Positions 40,810 to 55,168 are shown, numbered from the stretch's first letter. The stretch: 64,000 nucleotides of DNA from Octopus vulgaris (GCA_951406725.2 OX597823.1:35774001-35838000); one strand, 5' to 3'. The notes: generated from the letters alone by a model not told the origin. Numbers and translations are program-made.

Positions 40810-43499
40810 AATTTTTATATATATAAACAAATCCAATATATTATGAGTACAGCGAAAGAAATATTTCTTCTAAAGATATTCAGATAAGACATAAATACAT
40901 TTATTGCAGTGATATAAAAAGAAAGATATTGATATAGATATTTAGATATAAAAGTATACATGCTTAAAAACGACTACGATGGGTATAAAATATATAGAGA
41001 AAACAATCTGATTTTCAGTCTCAAAGTATATAAATAGATGCATAAAACACTATATAGAGAAATGAGAAGCATAATTATATTAAGCAAAAGAATACATACC
41101 GCAAATTTTTCCAAATATATCTCACCATTCCTTTTATCTTATATACTTCTTAACGAAAGACAAGAATATATAAGTTTTTGTGGGGTTTTTTTGTGAATAG
41201 TAAGAATTCATTAATACGTTCGGTTGGCACTTAGCTTCAATCACTTGAAAGTAATAATATTCAGCGAAATATTTCTTCTGAATAATACGCTACGTTTCCC
41301 TTAGGAGGCCCAGTATTTGTTCCACGGCTAATTAAAACAAAATAAATTAAATTGACTGCCTAAATACACAACAAAACATATCCTGCGACATATAACTCAC
41401 TGCACGCAGTAGCATTCATGTAGCCTATCTGTCCTCTAATGAGGTAGAAACATATAATGAACTATATAAAGATAAAGTAATTAACATTACAAAAAGTTCA
41501 TTAAGTTAACGTCCTCTGAAGCAATAATTATTGATATTGTGCTCAATTTTCTCAATTTACCCTAATGAATTGATAATTGGATGGATGGATGGATGGATAG
41601 ATGGATGGATGGATGGATGGATGGAAGGATGGAAGATGGGTGGGAGTAGTGACCGAATAGAAATACTAACAAATGTTGTTGATAAGTGACACTGTTAGAA
41701 GACAATGCTTATATTATTCAAGATGAATATAAGCAACGTTGAATAAGAATCTATATATTTCACCGCATCTTCCCTTTTTATGCTGCTAAAATGGATTTAC
41801 TAAATGCCCCGTTGCTTCTTTCTGTTGTTCTTTTATCTACCTACATTAAACTTGCATCGATATATCTCATATATAATAAGAAGGGATTTTGTCTGGCCCT
41901 GACTCATATCATCTCTAATTGTTAATAGGGACGATTATTAACAGTGTCCTTCTCTCAGCATTTAGAGTCTCTTTTCATAACGACATCATCGTATGATTGC
42001 CACTGTTACAGTCAAAATCATTGCACAAAATTTCCCTTCGAAGACTAATGTTGTTGGAAAGTTAAGTGAAAGCTAGCAGTTTTGATATCAATAAAGTTTA
42101 CGATCCTTATTTGCTATAAGAACCTTCTAACTGCTTCCTGTCAACCGCTCCGACTCCCCACTCCGCCACTCATATTATTATCAACTATAGTCTACATGAA
42201 TTAGGTTATATTCTTTTGTGCATTAATTACTACTCGATGGCTTCTATGTCACTGCATACACACACTTTCTCTCTAAGACTCTCAAAACATTTCACTGAAT
42301 ATTTACAGATTGTATAAAGTTTGAAAGCATTAACATTAGGTATGCTTACCTTGTTTCAACATTTTCAAGTAACTTTCAGTCAGCACGACACATATCTCAA
42401 AAATATTAATACCCACTAATAAAATCCATCACAGTTATGCAAATAAAATTTTAACACTCCCAAAGAACGTTAGATATTATTTTCTTTGATAACCTCTTAT
42501 AGCAGTCACAAAGTACATACTTTATCGGCCTTATTAATTTACCTCTCGAAATTAGGAAATACATCTACTTCAAACAGTTACTGGCATTTAAACAAACAGC
42601 AATTTATTCTACTATTGGACACACATCATTACGTATTCGAGAACATTTTATAATTCTTGCAAAGTCGATGGCAAAATGGTTATCATCACCGAAAAACCAT
42701 AAAAATGTATTCAAAATATCCTCAACCGTTCTTCAGTTTGGTTTAAAATCGATTTTTGCATTTCGGAAACAAGAAAGAAATTTGTCTTATGATGACTTTT
42801 AGTTATACCAACTGTCGTCATACAATAACAGAACCATATTCACTGAATAGTTCATTCTTTTTGTGCACAAGAATTATTTTAATTACTATATTACCCACCA
42901 ATATGATTATAAGAGGTGGATGATTATGACAATATAATGAGAGGCATACACACAGATACACACACACACACACACACACAACACAAACACAAATGTATAC
43001 ATGTGAGTTTATGTGTATTTGTTGCTTTTGTTGTTGTGGTTGTTTATATACATGTGGTGTGTATGGAGTGTTATACTTTTGGTAAACATCTACATGAATT
43101 TCATCATTGGTGGGACATATTTTTCAATTGTTGCCCATCTATTTCACTTATACCATCATGTCATTCAGATGGAGACCACCACTGATGACTGGATAATCAG
43201 TCGAATTACCAACCACTTGAAATCAATGAAAATTCGTGGGCTGTAGTCCTAACCAAGCATTTAACTTAACGGTACTCTTCTAACTCTGAATATAAACAAC
43301 AATATGAACTCTCCAATAAGTAGACATAGCTAACTAAACTTGATGGTTGGTTCATTAGCAAGCAGATTCTTCGCGAGCTTTGGCTCTGAGTAAGACGGAC
43401 CCTGTTAAGATTACTTAGTGTATATATCATTACATACGTAATTACAATACTTCAATTACCTAAGATTATCTAAGTAATCAGTAAACAAAACTTCCTTCT

Positions 43500-43930
43500 G
43501 GGGAGTACTTAAAATCTAAAGACATCAATCAAGGTAGATATCTTCAGAAGGCTTATTGGATCATCGGTTTTTTAATCCAATTATTAAAACAACGGACGTA
43601 TTTCAGTCATATCTTCAGTTACGTACATTCTGTTCAACCCATAACATGAGGAGTGATCAATGTACGGTGAAACTGGGAGACTGTGTGACTTTGGTATATA
43701 CAACAAAATAACAACTGTCTACTAATGCGGCTGTAATGAATGTGAATAACTAATATAAGAATATCCTTGGTATATACATTGGAATGACAACAGTCTACCA
43801 GTGTGAATTTAACAAAGGGTTCGGTTCGAAATTCTGAGAGAGTTAACGAATAAGACAAACACTTGAAGACGGCGTGTTCTACAGCCCAAACCTTGTGACT
43901 TTGACAACCGATATAAGAACAGTAATCCAA
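43500..43930 (+). mobile_element. Very decayed GIY-YIG/PLE remnant
   Basis: ...GCNECE...YIGMTT; degenerate tTGAAGA-cggc...gcc-cAAAC near 43863-43891. A 37-bp copy of the YIGMTT segment recurs at 44323-44359. Confidence 0.35.
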
Positions 43931-45904
43931 ATATATCAGTGTATGATAATATAATCATTCATTTATTTATTTACATACTAAGTATGTATGTGCGTATGTA
44001 TATATCCATGTATGTATGTATGTATGTATGTATGTATGTATGTATGTATGTATGTATGTATGTATGTATGTATGTATGTATGTATGGTTGTATGTATGTA
44101 TCTGTGTGTGTGTGTGCGCGCGCTTGTATGTATTTTTAATTATTTGAAGTCTTCCAAGGAAGAAAGAGTTGGTTTCTACCATAGATAAAAGCTCCATAAC
44201 TGGAATATAGATAAGAAAAACAATGTCACATTTTGAACTAGAGAAATGTCTTGCATATTTTTATGTTCCCTTTACAGATTGAATTTGCAATGTGTGTGTT
44301 AGCTGGTTGATTCCTTTTTTTTAGAATATCCTTGCTATATACATTGGAATGACAACAGTTTTGCCAGACTCTCACATAGGTATTTACTCACAAAACCAAG
44401 CACACCAATTATTTTTAGTATAATTGTGAATTTATTTATAAATATGTATTCATCTATAAACGTGAATTTATTTTGGGTATAGAAGCTAATGGTTTCAAAT
44501 TAGCTGTCCATAGTTATTCTCCTTTTCTTTGATTTTCGAAGAGACATTAACATCAGCAGGACAGTTAGCCTCTATGACGATACTTATGTATGTACATGTG
44601 TACATATTTATGTATGTTCGTACGTATGTATACATGTGTACGCATTTATGTGTCTATGTACGAACGTGCGTATTATATAGGTATGTACATATTTACGTAT
44701 GTTCCTGCGAACGTGTACGTACGTGTGTGTGTGCATGTGTATGTATAACTTAGTTTTAAATTCCCCGTCACACAAATTCTTCCTCACTTCATCACTTTGT
44801 CAAATGACGCTATCGTTTCGCTATTTAATTTACGTGAAGTAGTCTCCTTATGTCATTTGTTGGTTCGTTCTCACCTTCTAAATATACCTAGAATTTATTT
44901 TTAAACTAACATGCTACAAATACTTTTTTCAATTGAGATACAATATTTTTCAATTGTGTTCTTCAGCTTTAAAATATTTGTCTTCAATTATCCATCTCTT
45001 GATAAAGGCAGTGCTTTTTTGATAAAGCAAAATAAATCTGTAATAAATATTTTCTATACGAAAATATTTCATTTTGTTCGTCTTGAACATTGAATAGTGT
45101 TCACTTTTTGACTTGTTGAATCTGGAGGAAGGGCCAATGCCTATGACTTTTACAGGCGCGCTGAAACTAGTGAGGTTGCTGTCGTTAACGTACTATTTAT
45201 AGATTTGTAGGACAACACCCGCAGGAAAGACATAATCAGGGAGAAATTTCCAGAGGGATGATATTCTGGGAAGGATTGGACATAGTGGTTAGTGTGGAGC
45301 CCGGGTATTAATTACATCAAGAACAACAAAGAGGAGAAAGATGAATGGATCAGGAATATCAAAATGGTTGCAGTAAGAAACCAGGGGCTGGAGAAGTGTC
45401 CATTGGTGACTGAATATCAAATAAATGGTCTTTCTCTAGATGCAGTTCAGGATTACAGAGGACGTAGCAGCGGCACTGTATTTGATGTAAGAGCCATACA
45501 CTAGTGTGCACCTCACTTGAGATTTGCTGATTGTAAGCGACTGTTGGCAGCTGAAATATTTTCTGGCCTTGAAGAGAAGGACTGGTATTTGGAACAAGGT
45601 TCTAGCTGTGCTAAAGAAGTACTTTTGAATGGAGAGATCCTCAGTGATAGTGTGGCCTAGCATTTGGAGCAACTGTGAGGACTATGAGGACTAAATGTTG
45701 TTTATGTTTAATGGGGCTGTGCGACGGCATTGTTGTCTTGACATGAGAAACGCCTGAGATTTTTGTCAAGTATCGGGGGAAAAAGTGTACTGAATACCAT
45801 GACAGAGATTAATAATATATTTTCTTTCGATTGAAACTCTAAATTCTCTTGCTACTCTAAATTTTGCCTATAGGTAAAATTATAACAGGAAATTCATGAG
45901 GTTT

Positions 45905-47080
45905 GGACATTTATATGTAGTTATCTAGTTTAGTGTATGGTGGGGGGGGATAAAGTATCATAACGTGAGTAGAAAAAAAGAGAAAAATGGGAAAAGAAAG
46001 AAAGAAAATAGAAAGAAAATTAAAAGAAAAATAAGAATGAAAGGAAGAAAAATAGAAAAAAGATGATGTAAGGAAAGGGGGATAAAAGAAAGGAGAATGA
46101 AACAAAGAAAAGGAAAAATAGAAAAAAGAAAAAAGACGAAAAAGAAAAGAAAATTAGAAAAATATAAAAGAAAGACGTAAATGAAAACGAAAAATGTAAA
46201 AGAGAATAAGATAAAGGAAGAAGTAACAGGTAGAAGAGAAAAAAGTTTTTCCTTTTTTATACTGTTTTTTCCTGGGGGTTTTTTCCTGTTTCTGTCATAA
46301 TCCTTACAACTTTTATGAACTCTTTAAATATCTTTACATTCTCATAAATCTCATTATTTTTCATTTTTTTTCAGTAACTCTTTCCTTATTATTTTTTCCG
46401 ATATTTTTTCCTATTAATTTCGTTTATTTACATTCCCTCAAATATTCCTAATTTTTTCCATTTTCTTCCATTTTATCCATTTCGTCTTCATTTTAATTTT
46501 ATTTTCTTCCAAATCTATACCCTTGTTGCTATGATTTCCTTTCGTTACATTTTGTTTTTCCAGTAATTCTCAATACTTTATTTACACCTCTCTCGATCTT
46601 CATTTAACTCTTAATTTTTTTCCCAGTTTTCAATATTTTGTTTACCACATCTCTAGTTTGTCCTCCTCTCTAAGTACCTCTGCTGCTATCCATGTTATTA
46701 TATACAATTCACGTATTCATTCATTGCTTCTAATAGCTCATCATGTACTATTTCTCAATTGATTTTTTTTTTCTTTTATTGAATTCGATTTTATTCTTCA
46801 AACACGGCAATACCTATCCTATTTTCTTTTTACTCTCTTCTTACTCATTCTTTCTTCCTTTTCTCTTTTTCTCCTTTTGCTTTTCCTACTTTTGCCTGTT
46901 CCTTCTTTCTTTATTTTTTCTTTTTCTTTTTTCTTTCTATTTTTTAATTTTTCTTTCACTTTCTTTTTCTTCTTTCGTTCTTCCTTTCTGTTTTTTTTCT
47001 TTCCATCTTCACCCTTTGTCATATTTTCTTCCCATCACCATACCCTATGACTAAAAACCTATATATAACTGTACTAACCC
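45905..47080. repeat. Old inverted repeat: purine-rich arm versus pyrimidine-rich arm
   Basis: tatatgtagttatctagtttagtgtatggtggggg (45911-45948) roughly mirrors cccatcaccataccctatgactaaaaacctatatata (47031-47067). The inner arms are low-complexity. Confidence 0.5.
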
Positions 47081-47089
47081 CATCAATTT

Positions 47090-47429
47090 CCAGTCATAAC
47101 TGGCCTGAAGATCCGCTGCACCAACAGATGAAACTCAGAGTAGTAAGAGACTAACTCTAAAGATGCTTTTCTGAACTCGGCACTCAGATACGGTATCTTA
47201 TTGTTAGTTGGGTGGCTGAATTTCCCTCGTAGTACATCTCCAGTGTTAGAAGCTGTGCAAAGGCAAGTGTGAAGGTAGAACACCTACAAAAATCAGCATT
47301 GCTTGGAACTGCAAGAATTCTTCGCAGGGTTCTTGAAGCATGACCAGCAAACAAGTGTCACCTTAGTCAGCCGGTAGTCGACAGCTGACACTTTCCATCA
47401 TACCCAGCAAAATAAGCTGTGAAGTTTTC

Positions 47430-47432
<3 letters not shown>
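47090..47432 (+). mobile_element. R4/Dong-like 3' fragment ending in (TAA)n
   Basis: VKVEHLQKSALLGTARILRRVLEA*, then a short UTR and (TAA)n. Confidence 0.75.
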
Positions 47433-47496
<64 letters not shown>

Positions 47497-47497
<1 letters not shown>

Positions 47498-48045
47498 TGC
47501 AGTACCAGACAGTCGCTCTCATGGCTTTTGATCTTAACTGACTGGAAGTGCTGTCATATACATTGTTTTGTCTTGGTATAAAAGATGGGCTACAGCAAAT
47601 ATTCTGTTCAATACCACAGATTTGCTTGTCATTTGTTTGTCCTTAACCAATTGAACATGTCCCTTGGTGGCTGACGATATGTGCATCTCTGATCACGTGC
47701 AGAGGTAGTGGGGGAGCATCATAACTATGTGTTGAGAGGAATTCTTTGGGGTTTGCATACTTCGCCTCCGGAAACATGAGTGTTTCGTTCAGCACCTTTA
47801 AGGAACTTTTATTCAAGGACATTTTGAATGGGATGGGCTACTCGACCTGAAGAAAATTCTAACTGGGCCTCACCTGCAAGGTCGTGCACTGTTTCTTTTC
47901 ATATGAGATCAACATGTCGCACACATGTGGTTGTGATTCATGTGCCTGGTGTACCCTTATCAGATGGGTAGTTACGATGCGTATGCTGAGCTTCGTATAT
48001 TTTACCCCAGTGTCACTTTGATGACATGCACTGTTCTCTCACTCA
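47497..48045 (+). mobile_element. Non-coding ~550-bp repeat bounded by (TAA)n on both sides
   Basis: Higher-GC block with sharp (AAT)n boundaries and no convincing ORF. Confidence 0.55.
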
Positions 48046-48081
48046 ATAATAATAATAACAATAATAATAATAATAATAATA

Positions 48082-48125
<44 letters not shown>

Positions 48126-48144
48126 AATAATAATAATAATAAGT

Positions 48145-50040
48145 TTTAATGGACCTTGAAGTTGCTGGATATCTTCAATGGATTTCGAAATCACTGGATA
48201 TCTTCAAACTTTCTCCTGTGATTTAAGACTTCCTGAAGCATATGTCAGTGTGGAATGCGAATCTCCAGTTATAGGACTCTAATGGCGTACTCACCACAAA
48301 CAATATTAACAATATTAATATCAGCTGCGACATTTTCCAAGGTGACTCTCTCTAATTTTTTGCATCGCCCTAATACTCCTTACAAGTGAACTTAACAGAA
48401 CATGGTATGGGTTTAAAATTAACAAGAAAATAAGTTATTTATTTTATACGGATGACTTAAAACTATATGGCAAAGACGATAATGAGCTTGACGGACTATT
48501 ACACACTGTGAAAGCATTCAGTGATGACATCGGGATGGAATTTGGTCTTGATAAGAGAAAGGGAAATTGAAAACCTCACATTCAATAGTGTTGGATGTTG
48601 ACACAGTTATAAAAGAACTTGAGCAGGAACAAACTTACAAATCCCTCGGAATAAATTAGGGCTCAGGCATTCAGCATGAAGGAGCTAAAAATTCCTTAGC
48701 AGATCCAGTTGTTATTTACAGTTTCAATGTGTTGAACTGAAATATGAGCGAAATAAAGGAGATTGACAGGTAAAACCGTAAACTTCTGACTTGCAATATG
48801 ATGCACAACCCAAAGGTAAACACGGATCGCCTTTACCTTCCGTGATCCAGTTTGAAACCTCTTACACAACTACCACAATTGGACTGGAAAATATCTTGAA
48901 ACATCTAAAGACTGGATGCTAAAACTCGTTGAAAACCACGTGATACGTAAGAAGTTTCATTCTGTTATGAAGGAAAACAAAATATTTGCTAGAGAGTTCG
49001 TGCATAATACCCAGGTTGAACAGAATGATGTAAGTGCAGCAACAGTAGTTGCAAAGAAATCAATAGTAAATCAATAGTAAAGCAAAATGCGTTTGAACAA
49101 TTGGCTGATAGGTAGGAACGAAATCCTCTGCATGGTAAATATGTGGCCCGTAGCAAACAAGCTGAAGTAGACCAGAAGTACATTCCTCAATGGCTACGAA
49201 GCTCAGAACCAAAAGTAGAGAGCGAAGGCTTTATCTTGGCTACTCAACATCGGAGCTTATTGACTCGGAACTAACAAGCCAATGTGATGAAAAATGGAGT
49301 AGAGCCGATACTGCAACGATGGGATTGAAACAGAGACCTAATCTCTGGGCGTAAGGTTTTAGTACCTATGGAGTATAAATCAAGACATAATAGAGTTGGC
49401 CAATATCTACATTGGAAAATATGTCGGCTTTATAAAATGAAAACTACTGAGGGAGAAAATGTAATGATTCTTTGGGATTTTGCAATATGTTCAGACCGAA
49501 CCACCAAAGCTGATAAACCAGATACAGTTGTGAAAGACCAAAACAATACAATCTGTTTAGTGATTGACATGAGCATACCCTGTGATGATACTATCTCGAT
49601 AAAAGAATTTGATACGCTCAGAAAATATAAAGACTTACTAATCGAAATGTAGCATCACAAGATGTTTACAATACTAGTGATTGTAGAAACCCTTGGAATG
49701 AGCAAAGAGGGAACTGAAAATTATTTGAGGATGATCCCTGGCTTACCATCCATGCAGGAAGTGCAAAAGATTGTCTTAACTGGTACATCACACATACTAA
49801 GAAGAGCTTTGTCGCTGTGAATTTTCTTTCCTTTTTCACCCTTTACCTACATTGTTTACTTTTTCATTTTTCTTTTTTTCCTTTTTCCCTCTATCTTTCT
49901 TCACTATTTTCTCTATCAGATGACTTTGTAAATGAACAACCTGGTGTGCTTATTTTAATGGTCTGCTAATGTATACAGACTTTCTCTGCGCTAGATGTCA
50001 TGAAGACACTCGGCAAGAAAAGGAAACAGGATTGAAAGAA
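48145..50040 (+). mobile_element. Decayed R4/Dong non-LTR element (RT to REL), in (TAA)n
   Basis: IFQGDSL, LFYTDDLKLY, FSDDIGMEFGLDK, LHGKY, EGFILATQ, RHNRVGQYLHW, ILWDF...KPDTVV. Ends in (TAA)n at 50040-50126. Confidence 0.9.
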
Positions 50041-50129
<89 letters not shown>

Positions 50130-50809
50130 ATAAGTTTTAAGCATTTATATTTAGAATACTGTGGAGTATAAATCAAGACATGGTAGAGTTGGCCAATATC
50201 TACACTGGAAAATATGTCGTATTTATAAAATGAAAACTGCTTACAAATAGATGAACAAGTTTCAAGCATTTTTATTTAGAATATTTTCATTAATATTTTG
50301 ATAGATATTTACAGTAGAAATATTTTCTAAATTCCCTTTCCTGAATAATCTAGTGTCGTCAATTGTGTTAAAAATTTATATTTTTACCAAGCTTACTTCT
50401 TGTTAAATCATGTTCAGAACCAATAAATAGAATGTTCAAATTACACCCGAAGATATCGGGGAAATGTGTTTGATCTTATACAATAGAAAATATATTCATT
50501 AAAGATTTCAGTAATTTTTTTTAATTCTCCTATTATATTTCAAAAAGAATCGGAGATGAAAGCTATATTTCAAATGTGATAATCAACAAGTTACAAAACT
50601 GCCCTTTGTAAACAAACCTAGAAAATGATATTATATTAGATACAACATTAAAGCAGTATGACACTTATAGAAATGCTTCAAATAATTCTAGGAAAAAATT
50701 TTTGAAGTAGAGTTACGGGAAATATTATGTCGAGAGCGTGCATGATTGAGACCTATAAATATAGAATTTAGTCTCAACACCTCAACATAACATTCATTAT
50801 GCTTGAAGT

Positions 50810-51790
50810 AGTGGCATGGATACACGGGTATTTAGTATATGCATCAGTGACCATTAAATAATTATGCCCCATAAAGATGATGGCATGACCTTACATGCAA
50901 ACGAGACCAACGCTTTTCAGGCATTATCCATGGATGAATTGCTGGTTTAGGTGGTGCCTTTCTTTGTTCACAGCAAGAAGTGCAGCAGCGGCAAAGATCC
51001 ATGATTTCCGATTCAATGTTTGGCCAATATACTGCCATCCGCGCCAATTGCTTCATCCGTTGCATACCGAGATGACGTGTGTGTAACAGAGTCAAGACGT
51101 GAAGGCCCACCTTCTCGTGTGAAATGCATTACTTGTGCCAAAACTGGATCTTTAGAAGATTCCTTTCTGACTAAAGTTGAATCTGTAGGCTGGAATTGTA
51201 AACTAATCACTTCAATCGCACACACAACGTCGGTATCATCCATGTCTTCGTCCCCATCAAAGATGGAGTCCTCTCCAACAGGAAGGCGGCTAATAACATG
51301 TGCATTCTGATGAAGGTTGCTTTTTCGATACTTGACGTTTTTTACCTGTAGATTTAAAACATTTAATCTTTTGTACCTGTGTAAGAATAGAACCGTAGAC
51401 GGTTTCTTTAGCAACTTTAACCGCATCCTCTGTCTCAATAGCTACCTCGATTGCTCGATTGAATGTAAGTTCATCGGTGATGATTTTGAAAAGCGCTTTT
51501 AGCACAGCTTTGTTGTTGACTAAGCAAATGAAACGTGTACGCAACGCTTCGTCTAGGGGATCCTTGATTAACGTAAAATCACAGGTAGCAGCAGCCTGGT
51601 GAATACAAGTAGCTAATTCTTGAATCGATTAGTTTGCACTTTATGTCACTCCAGAAGCGAAATCTCTCACGAACAACAAATCGTTTCGCATCAAATTGCC
51701 GCTTCATGTAGTCGGAGATTTGGTCCATCGTAAGATCAGTGATTGTTTTGTGCAGCCATTGATGTCTCTTGGCGGTGTTTCTAAATTGGG
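50810..51790 (-). mobile_element. Internally deleted Ty3/Gypsy remnant (gag fused to RNase H end and integrase zinc finger)
   Basis: TCDFTLIKDPLDEALRTRFIC...LTFNRAIEVA; VKYRKSNLHQNA..SRLP; DPVL; LHTRHLGMQRMKQLARMAVYWP...C..C...HPW...WSRLHV. Confidence 0.85.
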
Positions 51791-52225
51791 TAGAAGGAAA
51801 TGGGACTGATGTTTGTCGGATCTACTTATAATTGCAAGACTGAACCTGTTTAGAACGTGTGACGCTGTCTTTGTTGGTGTATTTCGCTAAGTATATGTCT
51901 GTGGAATGCACAACTATATGCACACCAATTTAGAGAACAGTTAAATATAGATCATAAAACCAACACATTCATGATATGTATATGTATATATTTGTATAGA
52001 CACAATCTAATACTTATTTTTATACCAAGCTGTTTAAAACAACTTAACATTAAACGGAAGAATTATTCAAAACTTTTGCTAGAGTACATATTTACCAAAT
52101 TTTACAAAGAAAAGCTATATAACCTCAAAATTTCGGTTTCTTTCAAGGCTTTCAGAGTAACAACTCAGAATATAAAGTGTAATTCTCAGTTTAACGCTGA
52201 ATGAAAGAAAAAGGAAGTGAAAAAG

Positions 52226-52264
52226 TCTTTGACGTTTCGAGTATAAAGCTTTTCTTCAGAGAAC
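52226..52264 (-). ncRNA. Minimal hammerhead-like motif, stems partly decayed
   Basis: ttct-CTGAAGA-aaagctttatactc-GAAAC-GTC-aaaga. Confidence 0.5.
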
Positions 52265-52441
52265 TGGTTAGAAGGAAGAAGTGTAGAAGAAGCGAAGTAA
52301 AACAAGAATAATGAATGTTATTTAGCGAAAAGTCAAGCATAGCTGTAGTAAAGTGACTGGAAGTTACTGTGTAGCAACGAAATTTGATCTGTAAGTAATT
52401 GTGTGTAAATTATGTGTAGTTTAACTTAGTGAATTATGAAT

Positions 52442-52471
<30 letters not shown>

Positions 52472-52474
<3 letters not shown>

Positions 52475-52819
52475 TTTATTCTTTTACTTGTTTCAGTCAT
52501 TTGACTACGCCCATGCAGAGCACCGCCTAAAAAGGTTTTTTAGTCAAATAAATCGACCCCAGGTCTTTTTCTTTGTGAGCCTAGTACTTATTCTTTCGGG
52601 CTCTATTGCCGAACCCCTAAGTTACGGGGACGTAAACACACCAACATCAAGCGTCATATGTATACATGTATATACGACAGGCTTCTTTTAGTTTCCGTCT
52701 ACGAAATCCACTCGCAAGATTTTGGTCGGCTCGAGGATTAAGTAGAAGACACTTGCCCAGGGTGACACGCAGTAGGACTGAACCCAGCAAGCTTCTTACC
52801 ACACAATCACTCCTCTGCC
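52472..52819 (-). mobile_element. Full-length tRNA-derived SINE with CR1-like tail
   Basis: Head as at 13117, internal TA tract, body, then tail ggcggtgctctgcatgggcgtagtcaaatgactgaaac and AAAGAAT-type repeats. Confidence 0.85.
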
Positions 52820-54776
52820 TATATGCAAATACATACACACACAAATACATACACACACATATATGTATTTATAATGATTGCCACTTCTTTACAGAAGAAG
52901 GCCATCTCTTCAATTAATACATACTGTCATGAGATCTTATATGACTAGTAAGTCCTGCTCTTGACAAACAAACTCTACTGCAGACCTTACAAATATTTTT
53001 TTAGGCAGAAAAGTGGCTGGGATTGTGCTTGTTTCGAGATAGATTTCTAATTGTTGGAGCTTCAAATGCTTTACACCTACTGTAGATCATTTGTTTCCAA
53101 ACCGATTGATCTTGCGTCATCTGCTCTCAGTCTTCAACTTTCACATTAAGAGCCTTAAGAGACTTAAGGTATCTTTTGACCGAATCCATAAAACGTGTCT
53201 CGGGCGTTTGCAACGTAAAACAATTGCTTTGGCAACCTGTCAACCTGCATGCTAGCAAGGTGGCCAACCCACCGTTTCTAATTGCGTATGAGGATCACTT
53301 CAATACTGGATGTGTTAGGTTGCTAAAGAACAACGGTGTCTGGTGTTAAAGACTTCCATTTGATGTCTAGTATCCTCCTTAGGCAAGTCTGATAGAATCT
53401 TTCTAAAGCCTTGCTATGGTGCTGATATGTCATCCAGGTCTCAGAAGAGTACAGGAGGAGCGTTAAAATGCAAGATTCATAGATACTAAGCTTGGTTTTG
53501 AAGGTGATACCTCTATCAGACCACACATGATTTTATAGCCTTCCAAATACTTTCCTGGCGTTTTTCAATTCTCAAGTTTATTTCAGAATCAAGGGATCCA
53601 TCTCTAGAGAGTGATGCCAAGGTACATGAACGAGTCAACCACATCTAATCTTGGACCCTGGACGAAGATGTTAGGTTCCACATAGGATTGGCCTGGTGGT
53701 TGAGAGAATATGATCTTTGTTTTCTTTAGACTGATGGTAAGTCCAAAAGTAATACTAGCCCCAGAGAAGGGAACAAACATAGCCTGCATTTCCTCCTCGG
53801 TGTGAGCAACGAGAACTACATCATCAGTATAAATGAGCTCTCGAACAAGGCCATGGAATGTCTTCGACTTTGCATTAAAGCGTTTAACATCAAATACCTT
53901 ACCTGTGGTTCTGAAGCAAATATAGATACTGATATCACAGTCTTGGAAAGTGTGTAAGATAGTTACAGCAAAATATAGGGCGAAAGTGTTGGAGCAGCAA
54001 TATCACCTTGTTTAACTCCGTAATGGATGAAAATTGGTTCCGATAATCACCCATTGAAGTTAAGACGAGCTTTCATATCACTATAAAGTTGCTTAAGCAG
54101 GTTGACAAATTGAGATAGACATCCAAGTTTACCAAGAATGGTCTAGTGATCGGTCCTATTAACAGTCGTAAAGAGCCATGCGATGTTCGATGCATTTCTC
54201 CTGGAGTTGACGAGCAGAAAAATCAGGTCCATTGTGCCACGACTTGATTTAAAACCACACTGACTCTCCGGGATGACAGAGGGGCATATCTACATCATTA
54301 GCCGATTGAGTAAAAGTTTTGCAGAAACTTTACCGACTATTTCAAGCAGGCTTGTACTTCTGTAATTACCACACTCGTATTTGGATCCTTTTCCTTTGAA
54401 CAATGAAATTAAAATGGGGAACAGGAGCACCCAACCAGATGTATGATATTAGATGTGGATCTCTACAGCAAGCCTATTACCTCAGTGAATGAGAATTTCA
54501 ACAGGAATACCGTCAAGACCTGATGCCTTCACAGCATTTAATTCTTTGATTGTCTTTTTGATCTCATCTATAGTTGGATGTTCCATCATCTCATGAATGA
54601 GATCCTTTTGAAGCAGATTACTGATGACATTTTAATCAATAACTGAAGGTACCACAAATGAAGACTTAGGACCAAACACTTGTCCTATGAAGTGATATAT
54701 TGTTCTATATTTAAGAGATGAGGAATTATGTACATTATTTATATTTGACGGATATTTGTCCTCATCTTGTTTGTTA

Positions 54777-54820
54777 ACACAGCGTTTCAGCTTATTTTCC
54801 TTCCAGCCTTCATCAGGTGT
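54777..54820 (-). ncRNA. Minimal hammerhead, left arm (cleavage triplet mutated to GCT)
   Basis: acac-CTGATGA-aggctggaaggaaaataagct-GAAAC-GCT-gtgt. Confidence 0.65.
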
Positions 54821-54945
54821 CTTGGGGAAATTTCGAACCAAGGTATTTTTCGATGTTGTTGTTGTTGTTGTTGTTGTTATTCAGGTCACTGCCTGGACTC
54901 GAACTTGGAATCTTGGATTTTTAACCACTACGCCATATGGCCTAC

Positions 54946-55019
54946 GGGCATATGGTGTATTAGTTAAGATCGCGGGATACTAACCTCAAGATTCCGAGTT
55001 CGATTCCAGGCAGTGACCT
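54946..55019 (+). promoter_or_regulatory. tRNA-like Pol III internal promoter (A and B boxes); inverted twin at 54882-54942
   Basis: A box tggtgtattag (twin: TGGCGTAGTGG), B box GAGTTCGATTCC; length about 74 nt. Confidence 0.75.
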
Positions 55020-55027
55020 GAATAATG

Positions 55028-55070
<43 letters not shown>

Positions 55071-55098
55071 TAACAACAACAACAACAACAACAACAAC

Positions 55099-55167
<69 letters not shown>

Positions 55168-55168
<1 letters not shown>

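Noticed and set aside
45100-45800. Possible Tx1/L1 ORF2 C-terminal remnant, and so a partner for the ORF1-only elements
   Set aside because: Too decayed to read diagnostic motifs, and no shared 3' end was seen.
54946-55019. Functional tRNA gene
   Set aside because: Acceptor and anticodon stems pair poorly, and it is embedded in a repeated unit; it is a SINE head.
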